Assembly (NCBI GenBank): GCA_002269645.1
Contig: NIVC01002315.1
Span: 62,001 to 126,000, forward strand
DNA length: 64,000 nucleotides
Direction of reading: 5' to 3'
From: Macrostomum lignano
Taxonomy: Eukaryota
Shown: piece after piece, positions 34,916 through 48,240 of the stretch
Position numbering within the stretch: the first letter of the stretch is position 1
Layout of the letters: every line of letters begins with the position of its first letter
The notes under the pieces: generated by a model
What the model was told of the DNA's origin: nothing
The model's input: only the letters and a program-made list of their open reading frames with translations
Databases searched by the model: none
Position numbers and translations under genes: made by a program

Positions 34916-37204
34916 ATGATGGGACCCATCTGTCCGGCTGTCCCTCTGTTTGCCTGCTCTATTCTACACCCTTAGCCGTCAGCCTATCGGTCTGTCTGTT
35001 TTGTTTTAGCTGTTAGTTAGTTAGTATCCAATAATTTTTAATTGTATAAAAATGCTTTGAAATGCTTAGATAAACATTGATCGATTAATCGGGCACAATG
35101 TCATGGTTAAAGACACTTCTACTGAACAACTTCAGAAAATTTACCTGGAAAATGATCTTCTAGGTCCTCTGGAGGTGCGGTGGTCGATATCACGATAGTA
35201 TGGGCCTTCTTCCATGCCTGCTCCAGCAGAGGGCTGGTTGGCTTCGCTAAGCCCAGAGCCCCAGCGACATTCGAGATCCGATGGCTTGTGGCGGTGGTTG
35301 CTAGGCGATTAAATCTATGGTAGCTACAGGGACTGCGGAGCACAAATTTCTCTGGAATCTATTTCTCTTTCACGGTGACCGCTCGTTCAGTTCGCTCACC
35401 TATTTGAGAGAGGGAGAGTGCGGCAGAAGACGGGAGACGGTTGATGGGGGCGGGTGGGTGACAGGGGAAGAATTCCTGACATTGGGCCCAGACCAATGGC
35501 GAGTCAGATAGAGAGCGACCTGATAGGGAGCTGTTGGAGAGAAGTGAAATTAACAGATGCAGACTGCCTTCTCACGAGTCCGCTGCCTCATCATGCCAGA
35601 TGCTGGTATAGATAGATGCCAACAATTCCTGTGCAACCCATTTCAAGAGTGGCTTCAGCTTATCAGTCCTATTTCCCCTGACATAAACTCCCAACCCCGA
35701 CTCTCTCCTCCTCAAAAAGACGAGACAGGCAGCGACGCTTGGTAGAAGTGAATGAAAATATCCTTTCCTTTAACCCTTCATTCTCATCCCACTGACTGTA
35801 ACTTCTCACTAGCAGGCCTACTCCCTGGGCAACACTCGCGCCCAGTCACACTGAACGGACAGACGTGAACGCATTTGAATAGGGGGGGGGGGGGGGGGCG
35901 CCGTTCTTCCAGTGCCTCTCCTAGCGCCCTCACTTCCCATGCCGGCGATGGATTTTTTACCTTGCTTTTCACGATGCCAATTCTGAGAATATGGGACTGC
36001 AGTTGGGGGCGGGGGCGGGCGATATCCTTTCCCTCAGTTGAGTCCCAAATAGGATTCGTTGTCATTCAATTCATTCTTGACTAAACATTTTTCTTAACCA
36101 CTACAATAAGTCAGCTTTGAGTGTTGATATTTTTCCTGTGTTCCTTTTTTAGCTAAGCTTAGCCTGGGGCTCTGATTGCAGGGTGAGTTCAGTAGCCAAA
36201 AATGGGATTTATAGCTATTGTTAGAGCAGTGAGCATTGGATTATCCTAATCACAGGTTGAGCGCTGACAGCAGCGCTAGCCTGTGCTAGCCTGAGCAGTG
36301 CACCTAATTAGAACGCGCTGATGGTTAATCTGACAGTCTGACGCACTGTTAAACTTGCCTGTGATTTGCCATCAACTCATGCGAGCTTGTTTATGAGTTT
36401 ATTAATAGACTAGAAAGTGCACCCATTTGGCCCGGCTCTGGTGAGTTTCCACCTTACTAATCAGATATCGATCTTGCAATAGACCAGTCTAGCCTTCGAA
36501 CTGGGACTTTCACAACGTCGAAGGCAACTTCGTTCACTAGGTCGGCGTTATGAAATTTTGAGCTCAGTTGACATTTCAGGGCGATTTTATGTCGAGATAT
36601 CCCTGGCTAGGGATCACCTAATTGATGAGTCATATTTTTATTAATGGGTACCTTGCATGAACAAGGTCACCTATTTATCTAATGGGGTCACCTATTCATC
36701 TAATGGGTTTTCCTTATCATTGTTTTTCACCTGTAAATTTTGACTGCTGAGCCAAGGACGTCATGGTGCTTAAGCCCGGGCGATACTGTCTAAGAGAGTC
36801 CCTAACTCACAGCCAGCCTGAACTGGATACTCTTAATCAGCTTTTCTTTAACATTCCCAGCGCACCCGGCCGCATATGCATTTCATCAAGGCGGGATCGG
36901 GTGGCTGCTCATCGGCAGGCCCCACCCCATCTCTGGGTTGCACCTCCGAGTTGCAACGTGGCTCTCGGCACGCAGACTGCTGAACCATCCAGGAAGAAAT
37001 CCCCAAATATTGAAAACTGCCGAGCCCATGTAGAACAGCTATTTCTAGGCGAATTCCCACGGCGCGACATCTTGAATTTTGCATTGTTTGCCCCCTTTAA
37101 AATTTGCATTTTTTAGGTTTGATTTCCCAAGTTGATTTCGGGCTGTGCATGCGTGTTTGGATGGTTCGGGCGGAATGGATAATTAGGGGCCGGTGCCGGT
37201 GTTA

Positions 37205-37645
37205 CAAGCGCGCAGTGTCATAAGCGCGCAGTGTCATAAGCGCGCAGTTTAATAAGCGTGCAGTGTCATAAGCGTGCAGCGTCATAAGCGTGCAGCGTCA
37301 TAAGCTGTAGTGTCATAAGCGTGTAGTGTCATAAGCGTGTAGTGTCATAAGCGCACAGTGTCATAAGCGCGCAGTTTAATAAGCGTGCAGTGTCATAAGC
37401 GTGTAGTGTCATAAGCGCACAGTGTCATAAGCGCGCAGTTTAATAAGCGTGCAGTGTCATAAGCGTGTAGTGTCATAAGCGTGTAGTGTCATAAGCGTGT
37501 AGTGTCATAAGCTAGCAGTACCATAAGTGTGCAGTGTCAAAAACGCGCATTTCAATAAGCGCAGTGTCAAAAACGCGCAGTCTCATAAGCACGTCTTTTA
37601 ATATGCGCGTAGTTTAATAAGCGCGCATTGCCAAAAGCGCGCAGT
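37205..37645. repeat. Minisatellite, 16-bp unit GTGTCATAAGCG(T/C)G(C/T)A, degenerate at the right end
   Basis: Read directly from the sequence. Confidence 0.9.
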
Positions 37646-38597
37646 TTCATCACTTCAGCCGAATGGCTCTGGGACGACGATGTAACGGAAGACGTTGCGT
37701 CAGGGAGCCCGCAGCCCTCCTGCGGTTGAGCAGAGCCTATGGAGCCACTGAATTTCTTGACGCTTCTGACTGTACTCGAAGTCCCCTAGATGATTGCTAT
37801 TGACTTCTTTCTCGAAAATAATCGAGCGCTTGAGGTTAAAGGTGCATGGGAGCGATGGCTAGAGCAAAGGGGGGTCGGTGAGAAGCGCCCAGCCCAGCTC
37901 ACGGATCAAGCGGTTGAGACGGACCCCCGAAGGTGCAAAAAGTGCCCCCCCTCGAGTCGAAATCCCAACTACTGCACTGAAGCTTCTCCCCGACCGGCTT
38001 CCCAAATTTTTATCGAGTCATCCGAAGCGTGAAAGACCGCTACCCCTCTCCCAGCCTCCAAGCTTCATCTTGGCCTAGCCGCGCCGCGCCGCGCGACGGT
38101 GAAATCAGACGCCAGAGCAGTGAAAGAGGAGAGGACGAGAGAGAAGCGAGAGAGAGAGAGAGAGAGTCTGGACAGAATGAAAGGGACGCAGCGCGTTTAC
38201 GCTGTAGAAGAAGACTTAGAAGCTTCTCAAGCAGTCACGGATGAAGGCGCCTCTCGCCAGCCTCCCTGCCTGATCCGAGAGCTCTCGATTAGGCAGGTGC
38301 GAATAGGCTTTCGGCTTAAACGAGCAGGAGATTAACAGTTAATGGAGTGCCGAAATTCGAACTTCGATATTTTATAGCGACTCATATTTTCAATAGAGGA
38401 TTAAGAGCTGCTTATGCCAAAGCCTTCACAAGGGCTAGGGAATTGTGCTGGCCGCGTTGTCTTAGAGTCCAAAAGAGCTAGTAAGGGGACAAGCAGTCAG
38501 TCCCGTTCCGCTCACACCTGGGACCTGGCCCTGACTTTCTCATGGTCAGGCGTGTCAAAACTCTACACCTTCTGGTGGCCCTTACTGTGGAATCAAG

Positions 38598-38770
38598 CCC
38601 AGGGAATCAGCACACGCTACCACAGAGCTACTCTCCCCCTGTGCCAACGGGGTCCTTGAACCCAGGGAATCAGCACACGCTACCACAGAGCTACTCTCCC
38701 CCTGTGCCAACGGGGTCCTTGAACCCAGGGAATCAGCACACGCTACCACAGAGCTACTCTCCCGCCTGTG
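38598..38770. repeat. 63-bp tandem repeat, about 2.7 copies
   Basis: CCCAGGGAATCAGCACACGCTACC recurs at 38598, 38661 and 38724. Confidence 0.9.
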
Positions 38771-39553
38771 CCAGTGCTCATGTCGCATTTCAGCAAAGAA
38801 AATTGATCCACTGAATATACAATTTCTCTAGAATCTGATTTATGTGCTAACAAAAAAGTTCCGTCTGTTTAAAACTAGCCACTCTCTTCAAGCAAGAAAC
38901 GTCTTCAGAACGAGAAAAAACTCTAAGAAAAACGCTTGCTCTCCTCTCTCGGTGAATATCTAGCCTGCTCTTGTGCAAACCTCCTTCACTTTCATTCCTT
39001 CCATTAGCAGGCAAGCCTTGGCGGGCTTCAGGGTGGGCAGCAACCGCCTCCGCCTCCCTCCATTCGATGTCACAAGCGGCGGAAGCAGTTGTTGCAGAAG
39101 CAGAAGACAAGCACGCAGATGAGGCCCCATACTGCTCAAAAAAGCATAATTGCCCTGCCCCGCATGCAGCATGCAATTATCCCTGTATTCAAGGGAGTAA
39201 TTTCGGAATGATATCTTTGCGACTGGCTAATCCGCGGGCAGGATAGTCTGAGAAATTTTTCGAATCAAACAGCGCTGTTCATCGTTTCTTCAAGACAGCC
39301 AACTGGCATCCCAGCTGTCGGATTACGAGCGAGGTTTCTGCAACAAGCCGATGCAGAAATGTCTTTTAAGAATGCTTAAATAATCCCATGATTTTGCGTT
39401 ACACTTTGACAGATTGGGACTTGTCATGACTGAGATTACCGGAGATGTTCCTCGTGCGAGAATAAATCAAAGTCAATGCTTAGTACAATAGTAGCAAGAT
39501 GTGTTACATGGCACTACTGTCCATCAGCAGTAGTATGTTGCTTCCTTAAAGCA

Positions 39554-39849
<296 letters not shown>

Positions 39850-40359
39850 GCACGCAACTATATCAGACGCACCTGGTATGGCATGAGCTGCAGGTCGTCA
39901 GGCCTCCTTGGTCCATGGAGAGCAGTCCGTCGCAGAGGTTGTTGCCGCTGGTGCAGTAGTGTCGCCGCCCATCCAAATCAGCGGCAATGTTGCCCCAGCT
40001 CGATCAACGCATGGATGAATCTGGGGGGTCAGCAAATGGGCAGTGAAAATTGTGAATAGAAACTGTTGCGGCCCAGTCAACGCAGTCAGATAATAAACTG
40101 ATAAAATGTCGAGTGCCGCGGAGGCGATTTGCATACGGGGCACAGGGGCCACTGTCGGGTCCCGGACCAATGGATTCTGGCCTAGTCGGAGGGGATAAAT
40201 TGGTAGAACGAGGGGCTGGGGATGGCAGCTCGAGCTCGCTGCGGTGATTAGATATCACCCTGCAATTGGGTCAGAGTCTAGCAGGATAGTGCGTGTAGTG
40301 CGGGTTCATATCGATCCAGGCGCCCCATTAGGCAATATCCATGATACAGAAAGTGATAT

Positions 40360-41930
40360 CCACGATCCAGTGTGAGGATATCCACGATCCAGTGTGAGGA
40401 TATCTACGATCCAGTGTGAGGATATCCACTATCCAGTGTGAGGATATCCACTATCCAGTGTGAGGATATCCACTATCCAGTGTGAGGATATCCACTATCC
40501 AGTGTGAGGATATCCACTATCCAGTGTGAGGATATCTACGATCCAGTGTGAGGATATCCACTATCCAGTGTGAGGATATCCACTATCCAGTGTAAGGATA
40601 TCCACTATCCAGTGTGAGGATATCCACTATCCAGTGTGAGGATATCCACTATCCAGTGTGAGGATATCCACTATCCAGTGTGAGGATATCCACTATCCAG
40701 TGTGAGGATATCCACCATCCAGTGTGAGGATATCCACTATCCAGTGTGAGGATATCCACTATCCAGTGTGAGGATATCCACTATCCAGTGTGAGGATATC
40801 CACTATCCAGTGTGAGGATATCCACTATCCAGTGTGAGGATATCCACCATCCAGTGTGAGGATATCCACTATCCAGTGTGAGGATATCCACTATCCAGTG
40901 TGAGGATATCTACGATCCAGTGTGAGGATATCCACTATCCAGTGTGAGGATATCCACTATCCAGTGTGAGGATATCCACTATCCAGTGTGAGGATATCCA
41001 CTATCCAGTGTGAGGATATCCACTATCCAGTGTGAGGATATCCACTATCCAGTGTGAGGATATCTACGATCCAGTGTGAGGATATCCACTATCCAGTGTG
41101 AGGATATCCACTATCCAGTGTGAGGATATCCACTATCCAGTGTGAGGATATCCACTATCCAGTGTGAGGATATCCACTATCCAGCGTGAGGATATCCACT
41201 ATCCAGTGTGAGGATATCTACGATCCAGTGTGAGGATATCCACTATCCAGTGTGAGGATATCCACTATCCAGTGTGAGGATATCCACTATCCAGTGTGAG
41301 GATATCCACTATCCAGTGTGAGGATATCCACTATCCAGTGTGAGGATATCCACCATCCAGTGTGAGGATATCCACTATCCAGTGTGAGGATATCCACTAT
41401 CCAGTGTGAGGATATCCACCATCCAGTGTGAGGATATCCACCATCCAGTGTGAGGATTTTTTTTATTAGAGGCAGGGGGGTTGTGTGCACCGTGGCGCAC
41501 TTTAAGCGACATTGGCACACAACCGTCAAGAGGCATTGCTGCCCATTCCGCCGACTCACCTGAGCAGGCATACAAGCGCGCTGATACGTACGCAGGCACA
41601 CACTCACACAGGAGTGTACAGCGGCCCTAACTCTATATTATCGTTAGCTAGGCATGTACACTTCACTGCGCCTTGGGGGGTTGGCTCTCAAGGCCGTTAA
41701 TTGCACGAGCAGAGCCAAGCCGAGATTCCAATTCAGCCCCAAATTAATGTGACTGCACTTGGAATCGAGCCTGGGTCGCTGGCACACCAGAGCAGCTGCA
41801 GCTGCGCTAGACCGCTGGGCTACGGCCCCCCTACAGTTGTGAGGATATCCACCATCCAGTGTGAGGATATCCACCATCCAGTGTGAGGATATCCACTATC
41901 CAATGTGAGGATATCCACTATCCAGTGGAA
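40360..41930. repeat. Minisatellite, 22-bp unit ATATCCACTATCCAGTGTGAGG, interrupted by a SINE
   Basis: The array runs 40360-41456 and resumes at 41838-41930. Confidence 0.95.
41457..41837 (-). mobile_element. Full-length tRNA-derived SINE (family B) with A-rich tail and 8-bp target-site duplication
   Basis: Minus-strand head GGGGCCGTAGCCCAGCGGTCTAGCGC...CCAGGCTCGATTCC (A/B-box like) and tail TAATAAAAAAAA. TGTGAGGA flanks both sides (41449-41456 and 41838-41845). A second copy lies at 13151-13316. Confidence 0.8.
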
Positions 41931-42647
41931 GGATATTTTCTATCCAACCCACATATTTCCTAGTAATAAGTCAAATTTATTTTTTTGTTTTATATCATTC
42001 TTCACATATTGGTATTAGTAGTATTTGCGTCCTAAGTAGTATTGTGAATTACCAAAACGACTGCTACTTTAAACGTCTGCTCATTGAAAATGCGACACAG
42101 CAAATTTGAACTGGGGAAACTCCCTGAGGATCTCGGGGGGGGGGGCAAGTCTGAGGCGACGGCTGGGACCATTTAAATTTGCCATGTAGATTCCATTTGA
42201 CTTTCTGAGGTGTCTATCTAATAGTTATAAGAGGTCGATTCTACTATATATACATGTAATTAAGGTGTATTACTTATTTTTTTAAACAATTAACGTTTCT
42301 GAGCTAGCTTAATAAGCTCATCAAATCAAATGAAACTCATTTTCTACAATAAAGCAACTTGGAGTTATAAATTACAGGCATAAAGCAGTCTTCTTTTCGG
42401 CTGTATTTGTTCTATAAATAGGCGTCTATTGACTGCTGCAACTTGAGGAAAAACTGAGTGTGCCCTATGGGTGTTAATATTGTTGTTAATCTAAACTTGA
42501 GATATAGGAAAATCGACAATTGTAGAATAGAGAATCAAAACTATTGATGGGCGCATGGGACAAACAAAGGACAAAACAATTATCTGCTCAATTCATATTC
42601 ACATGCCTTCACTTTATCTCTTCATTAATTCATTGGTTTCTTCATAA

Positions 42648-43451
42648 TTAAGCGACCGTCTCAGCCTCCGTCTCAGCCGGCGCCACCTTGTCCGACTTCC
42701 GGGATCGAACCGACGCCCTGGAAGTCTCCACCGCCGAAGCCGTCGGCGACAGCTCGTTAGCGTCCGCGTCCGGCGCATTTGCTTCGGCCGACTTTGCCTC
42801 CGCCGCCTTCGGCGAGCCCTCTCCGATTTCGACAACGCTTGGCGCGGCCTCGACGGCGTTGGAGCCGAAGCACTTGGCCAGGACGCCGAACCGGTCTAGC
42901 AGGGCGTAGGCAGCCACCAGGATGAGGAAGATGCCAGCTGTCAGGCTGCCAATCAGGGTGTTCCGCTGGTACTTCGCCCAGAGGTCTCCGCCGTACAAGT
43001 CGGCTCCGTACAGGTTCAAGCCGCGCTTGTAGTAGTACACAGAGTTGACCGTGTAGTTTAGCAGAGTGTCGTTGATGTAAGTGGCGGCCCGCACAGCGCA
43101 GTGGTACAGGCCGAACACGCTTTCAGTGACGTCCTGCACTTGCAGCCCGACGCCGCGGTCCACCACCTGCCGATTGCCGTCGTTGTAGGTCTCGTTGGCG
43201 ACCCTGCCGTCAGGCAGAATCCACCAGACCTGCTGCACAGGGCTGCCCAGGGCTCCAATAATGGAGCTGTCATTCAACAGGCGGAACGGATAGATGTACT
43301 CTGAGGTGCAGTTCAATTGTACGTTGCGCGCGTTTGGTGGTGTCACCACTAGCCACTGTAGCCGCTCCTGTTCCCAGCTAAGGGCCTGAGAACTGGAGAC
43401 AGTCAGGACAAGTAGCAGTAACAGTGAGACTTGAAGACTGCTGGGAAGCAT
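42648..43451 (-). CDS. Single-Ig-domain type I membrane protein (267 aa, intronless CDS)
   Basis: Signal peptide (SLLLLLVLTVSSSQA). Ig fold with LNC, WWILPDG and LQVQDVTESVFGLYHC. Five N-glycosylation sequons, TM segment TLIGSLTAGIFLILVAAYALL, and an Ala/Glu/Ser-rich tail. Confidence 0.85.
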   Translation of the reverse strand: MLPSSLQVSLLLLLVLTVSSSQALSWEQERLQWLVVTPPNARNVQLNCTSEYIYPFRLLNDSSIIGALGSPVQQVWWILPDGRVANETYNDGNRQVVDRGVGLQVQDVTESVFGLYHCAVRAATYINDTLLNYTVNSVYYYKRGLNLYGADLYGGDLWAKYQRNTLIGSLTAGIFLILVAAYALLDRFGVLAKCFGSNAVEAAPSVVEIGEGSPKAAEAKSAEANAPDADANELSPTASAVETSRASVRSRKSDKVAPAETEAETVA

Positions 43452-46400
43452 TTTTCTTTTTTTCTCAGAATTCTATTGTGAACAGCAAACGCGTTGAATG
43501 TCTCAGCTCTATGACTTGAGACTTTGGTCGCGTTTTCTTAACGTTTCTCAAAATTAGCATAAGAATCTCAAGTATGAGATCAGGCTTCCGATAAGATAAA
43601 CATTAAGAATAACTTTGCCATGGCAACCAGTGGCAACATTGGCTGAGAGACGTTTGCAAGCGGTAATTCAAGCCTACTGGCATGTAAATTTATAGATATG
43701 CTATCGTCCCCAAAGCGCAGTGGAAATATATGCTAATTTTTCATAACTAGCGAAGCGACTCGCCCTCAGTTGTGCAATTGTTTTATATATTTTAATGTTT
43801 GGATACATGCATGTATTGATGACAGCGTTTGGATCCTTCCGGCCGATCGGAAAATTACAAATCCTGTTACTTATCGCTTTTTTTATCATCTAAAAATGCT
43901 AGGCCTGATGTCTGTCCTCGTAATGATACCACTGCCCGGACGGATAGCGTCCTTGCAAACGGACTAGTGCTGCTGTAGAATCAATTGGATTAACACACGT
44001 AGAATTAGTAAACTCTTATATAGGTCGTGTATTTACGTGTCCGTTATTTACATGTACGTTTCGCATCTGAACATAATGTGAAGATGTGAAGATAATGTGT
44101 ATGTGAAGATAACTGTTTTTGCCACAAGTGAACCAGCCTAATCTTCTTAATAGGTCTATTAATTGCTGCTTGTGAGAAGTGCAGGAACTCAGACCCAGCT
44201 GAAAAATTCTCGATAGATATGTGTATGTTTCAGCTTTCTCCATCGCCTTTTCAGTAGAGTGAAACTGAAGGTCCTCTTTTTCTTTTTAACTATTATCGTG
44301 AATCATATTCAAGGCGAGATGCACGACAGCCAGAGCATTTGCGATCTAATCATAGCATTCATCAGATAAGTTTTTGAGATTCCGGTGTTTCTGAAAATAA
44401 CAGGCTCGTTGTATCGATTAAAACAAAATGTTACTTACTAAATAGTAGTAACCTCTTAAGTTTATTTAATAGCCTAAACCAACATGAATTAACACATCTA
44501 ATGCTGACAAATTATTGGCTCTATTTTGCTCGGTATATCTGATTAGTCTTCCGTCAGTCAGCAACCAATGTTCTTCATCAACCAGTTTACTCGTATGCTT
44601 CTTTGTCTTCTTGTTCATATCACTCAAAAATTGTTCAAAAATTGAAACACTTAACTAAAATTGCTATAACTTTTTGCTCAATCAAATTTTACAAATGAGG
44701 TGTCAAAATTTTTATTGCATTGATTACTAGCAGATTAAATAATTAAGAACAAAAATTCTAGGCTCTAATTTTCAAAATATTGTTAGACACTTACGTGTTT
44801 CTGTTAGTATTAAGCTATCAAAAATTTCCATGCAGGTCCCAAATTTCCATGCATAGTTTGTGTATAAAAAAATAGGTAGAAATATATAATTGAACACATT
44901 TTTCAATCAAAGTTTTAATTGTATCTATTATCAATGTTTAGCTAATTAGTTATTAGGTAACTAAAATAAAATACTTAATTTAAAAAACTTTTTATAGGTC
45001 TACTTAGTGGTTATTTATAAAGAATAAAAAAGCAACAAGACAAGATACTTATATTCCATTTCATTGTAGCCTTGACTTTTGTTATAAAATTGGTTAGGCC
45101 CTATATTTTCAATTTGACAAATTGATAGGCCTACCAATACAATAACAATTGAAAAAAAATACACTTACAAGTACTTAACATATATTGGCAAGTTTAAAAT
45201 ATTTTAAAGATTTTTAATAGATTTTTTATAGATTTTTCAGATTCCCCATCCAAAGTTTTTACTTGTCAAACCTACTTATCAGGTAGTAGCAATCTAGAAA
45301 TTGAGAAATCAGAAATGCAATTTGTCACTGAGCAATAAATAAAGACTACTAATGAATCTTAGGAAATAAAAATCAAGCTACATTCTTAGTCACACATAAA
45401 CTATATATATTTCTTTACTTACTTTAGTTGTCAGTCATCATTTCACTTAGTTGCTTTGTTAGTCATAGCTAGGCCCTATCTTGGCTTTTTTAGCTATAGT
45501 TGGTATAGCTAATAATAATATGTTTATTGCTTAAATAGATAGATGATACAGACAAATCTTAACAAAATTTCTCCTGTTTTACTGCAACTGCTGACAATAG
45601 TCAAGCAATTGTTTAATTGGCATGGTCATTCAGTTGGGTCCCATAGGCCTAACCTTTACATTTACCTTAACCTTTCCTATAACCTTTTATATAGCAATTA
45701 ATAGAATATTTAATTTTAATATAAATTAGAATAGTAGTCACATGACTACTCTCAGCTAATAGATAGCTCAACTTACATGTGTGTTGTCAATAGAAATGGC
45801 CAGGTGATTCCCAAGGTTATGCATATATATATGGCCATATACTGGAAAGAATTTGGTATGTATTTTTCATTTTATATAAATTATGCTAAGCAAATAATAC
45901 CAAGATTAAGATACTGATAATAAAATTAACTATAATCTGTATTTGCAAAAAACAGTCTTATACACAAAAATATAAGTTTGTAAGTCTTACTTATTAAGCT
46001 AAAGCTTATTTTTTCTTTTGTACATTCAACAAAAACAAAAATATCAGATAAAAAATCTGTTATTTATTTTATTTTGGTAAAATAAAGATGTAAAGCATAA
46101 TAAGATTATTTTCTAATTTATTAGATCTTGTAAAGTTATAAACTGGAGCAACAAAAAGCAAATTGGGATATTAAGATTTTAAGTAAGCCTACCAAAGACA
46201 TTTAGCCTTAATAAGACAGTCATAGTTAATCCTGCCATTTATCCTAAATTTCATTAATTTTTGCTTTAGGGTTTCTTTCATAGGTTAGTTGCATTGCCAG
46301 TGTAGATCAAAGGAGTTGTGCATGTATATAACCATTATTCTAATATTCTGATCTTCTTGGTAGAAAATCAGTTGTATAAAAAATTTTATGATCAAGATCC

Positions 46401-47019
46401 AATTTTTTCTCATACCCTAGGATTTAACAATTGCATGAGTGAGATTGGGATCTATCTAATATATGAGTATAGGCAGATATAAAGATTGGGCAAAATTGGG
46501 TAGAGCCAAGATCCCTGGTTGTAAGATCCTAATACCAAAAAAGTTGATTATATCTAATAGTTACCTGGTGAGAAGGTAAGCATAACTATTTATTAATCAT
46601 AATGAGTGCAAATTTTATTGTATAAAAATGATTTTTGACATAGTTACTATGGCAACTATAATAAAATAAATATCTATGATAGTAACAAATGTTCCTATGT
46701 TCCAAAAACTGTTCTTATGACTACAACTATGAAAATATGATGATTTAAAATGAAGCCATAATTCTGCCTAACAGCTATGTCTATGGTTGAAAGACTGGTC
46801 TTATACTATAACAATGCATAAGATTATAATAAGTTTTCATTTAAAAAATGTAATAAGTACTTTTATGGTTGTATGAAAATTTAATAGATTAGTTTTTTAT
46901 TGCATGGTCTGCAGTGCTGCAGGAGGCTTAGCCAATTGCAACACAGGGCAAAATAATTATAAAAAATAATTGTTAGTATTTCATCAGACTCAACTGCAGC
47001 TTAGCTCTCTATCATCATC

Positions 47020-47188
47020 ATGTCTGAGAATGATAATCAGCAGCCACTGGCCACTGTGTTCTGCAAGAACGGCTGCGGCTTCTATGGCTCCAACCAGTTT
47101 GATGGCCTGTGCAGTGTCTGCTTCAAGCAGGCCCTATCCAAGGGCCAGCCTCAGGTGCCTGCGCCTGTAATGCATTCTTCAGCATCTT
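47020..47188 (+). CDS. ZFAND5/6: A20/AN1 zinc-finger protein exon 1 (A20 finger)
   Basis: FCKNGCGFYGSNQFDGLCSVCFK is the A20 finger pattern. Donor T|GTGAGT, phase 1. Confidence 0.9.
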
Positions 47189-47389
47189 GTGAGTTATTGG
47201 CTGCTGCCACAGGAATGAGAACCTTAGCAGTAAAGTTATAAAACAAATTAACTAAGACTAACAACAGTTCTGTTATCCAACTGAGAGTGTAAGCAGAGTG
47301 CAAAATGCAAACTGCTGTCCATGCTTTGCTGATGTCGTAACCCGGGTCGGTTAGGGTGCCTAGTCCTGAGTACAATATTTTATATGTAA

Positions 47390-48240
47390 TATAACAGGCG
47401 TAGTGACGCTCTGTCTGTACTTTTATGGATATGAACAGGCGTGACGACGCTCTGCGATAATAGTTCGATCCCTCTGGTGTTGTGACACTCAGAGTTCACG
47501 CTGCGGCTCGATGTGTGGTGACACTCTCGGGTGCTTCTAGTTTCGATACTGTAGGTTGTACACACTATATAAAGTAACCGGTACAGTACTACAATAATAC
47601 ACAATATACAACGCTGCTGTGCTGCAGTGGTCACAGTCGCAGGCGTGATGACGCTCTAGCTATGGAATCACTGCTACGGCAAGGCCTCGGAAAAACTAAA
47701 GAAGCGAATGAACTCGGGGATCTTACCGGTGCCAGAAACTGTGGAGCTCGTTTGAATATCGCCAACACTTGACCGCTTTATTTGCTCCCAATCAATTGAG
47801 TCCTCGCAGTAAGGGACCGTATAGACACGGCTCGCTTGAGTATCGCTAGTTTAGTTTGAAGAACTAGGCGCGGGGCGCGGAGCGGAGTGTGAGGAGCTGG
47901 CTGGGCCAGGCTTGAGCACTATATACCACTTAACAGGGTAGAGGGGCAGACAGCGCGAGAGAGAGACGCCAAACAAAAGAGACGACCCCTCAGCCAATCA
48001 GCGTGCCCGCCGAGCAGATCTGATTGACTGGGGGCCAGAAAAGAAAAACAAGCTCAGCCAATCAGTGGCCGTCGCGAAAAGACTCAAGCTGGGCCAAGCG
48101 CGCCCCCCAACCGGTCTGGAGATGGCCGCCTACGGCGCACGCAAAAACAACTCAAAAATTGCAAGAGCACTCAACAGGCCAGACACCACACTGAGGAGAC
48201 AAGAGTGCCCCCCCCCCCATTTTCCCTAGCAGTAGGGCAC
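47390..48240 (-). mobile_element. Possible LTR-like or antisense promoter cassette in ZFAND intron 1
   Basis: GC-rich block with two CAGCCAATCAG boxes, a minus-strand TATA-like GGTATATAGTG, AATAAA (47782-47777), then an ...ACA end followed by TGG. No coding part or target-site duplication was found. Confidence 0.3.

Noticed and set aside
27757-34975. Long MLCL, SDAV, RHSI, VCLS and TDRQ ORFs
   Set aside because: Translations of 12-bp and 4-bp repeats.
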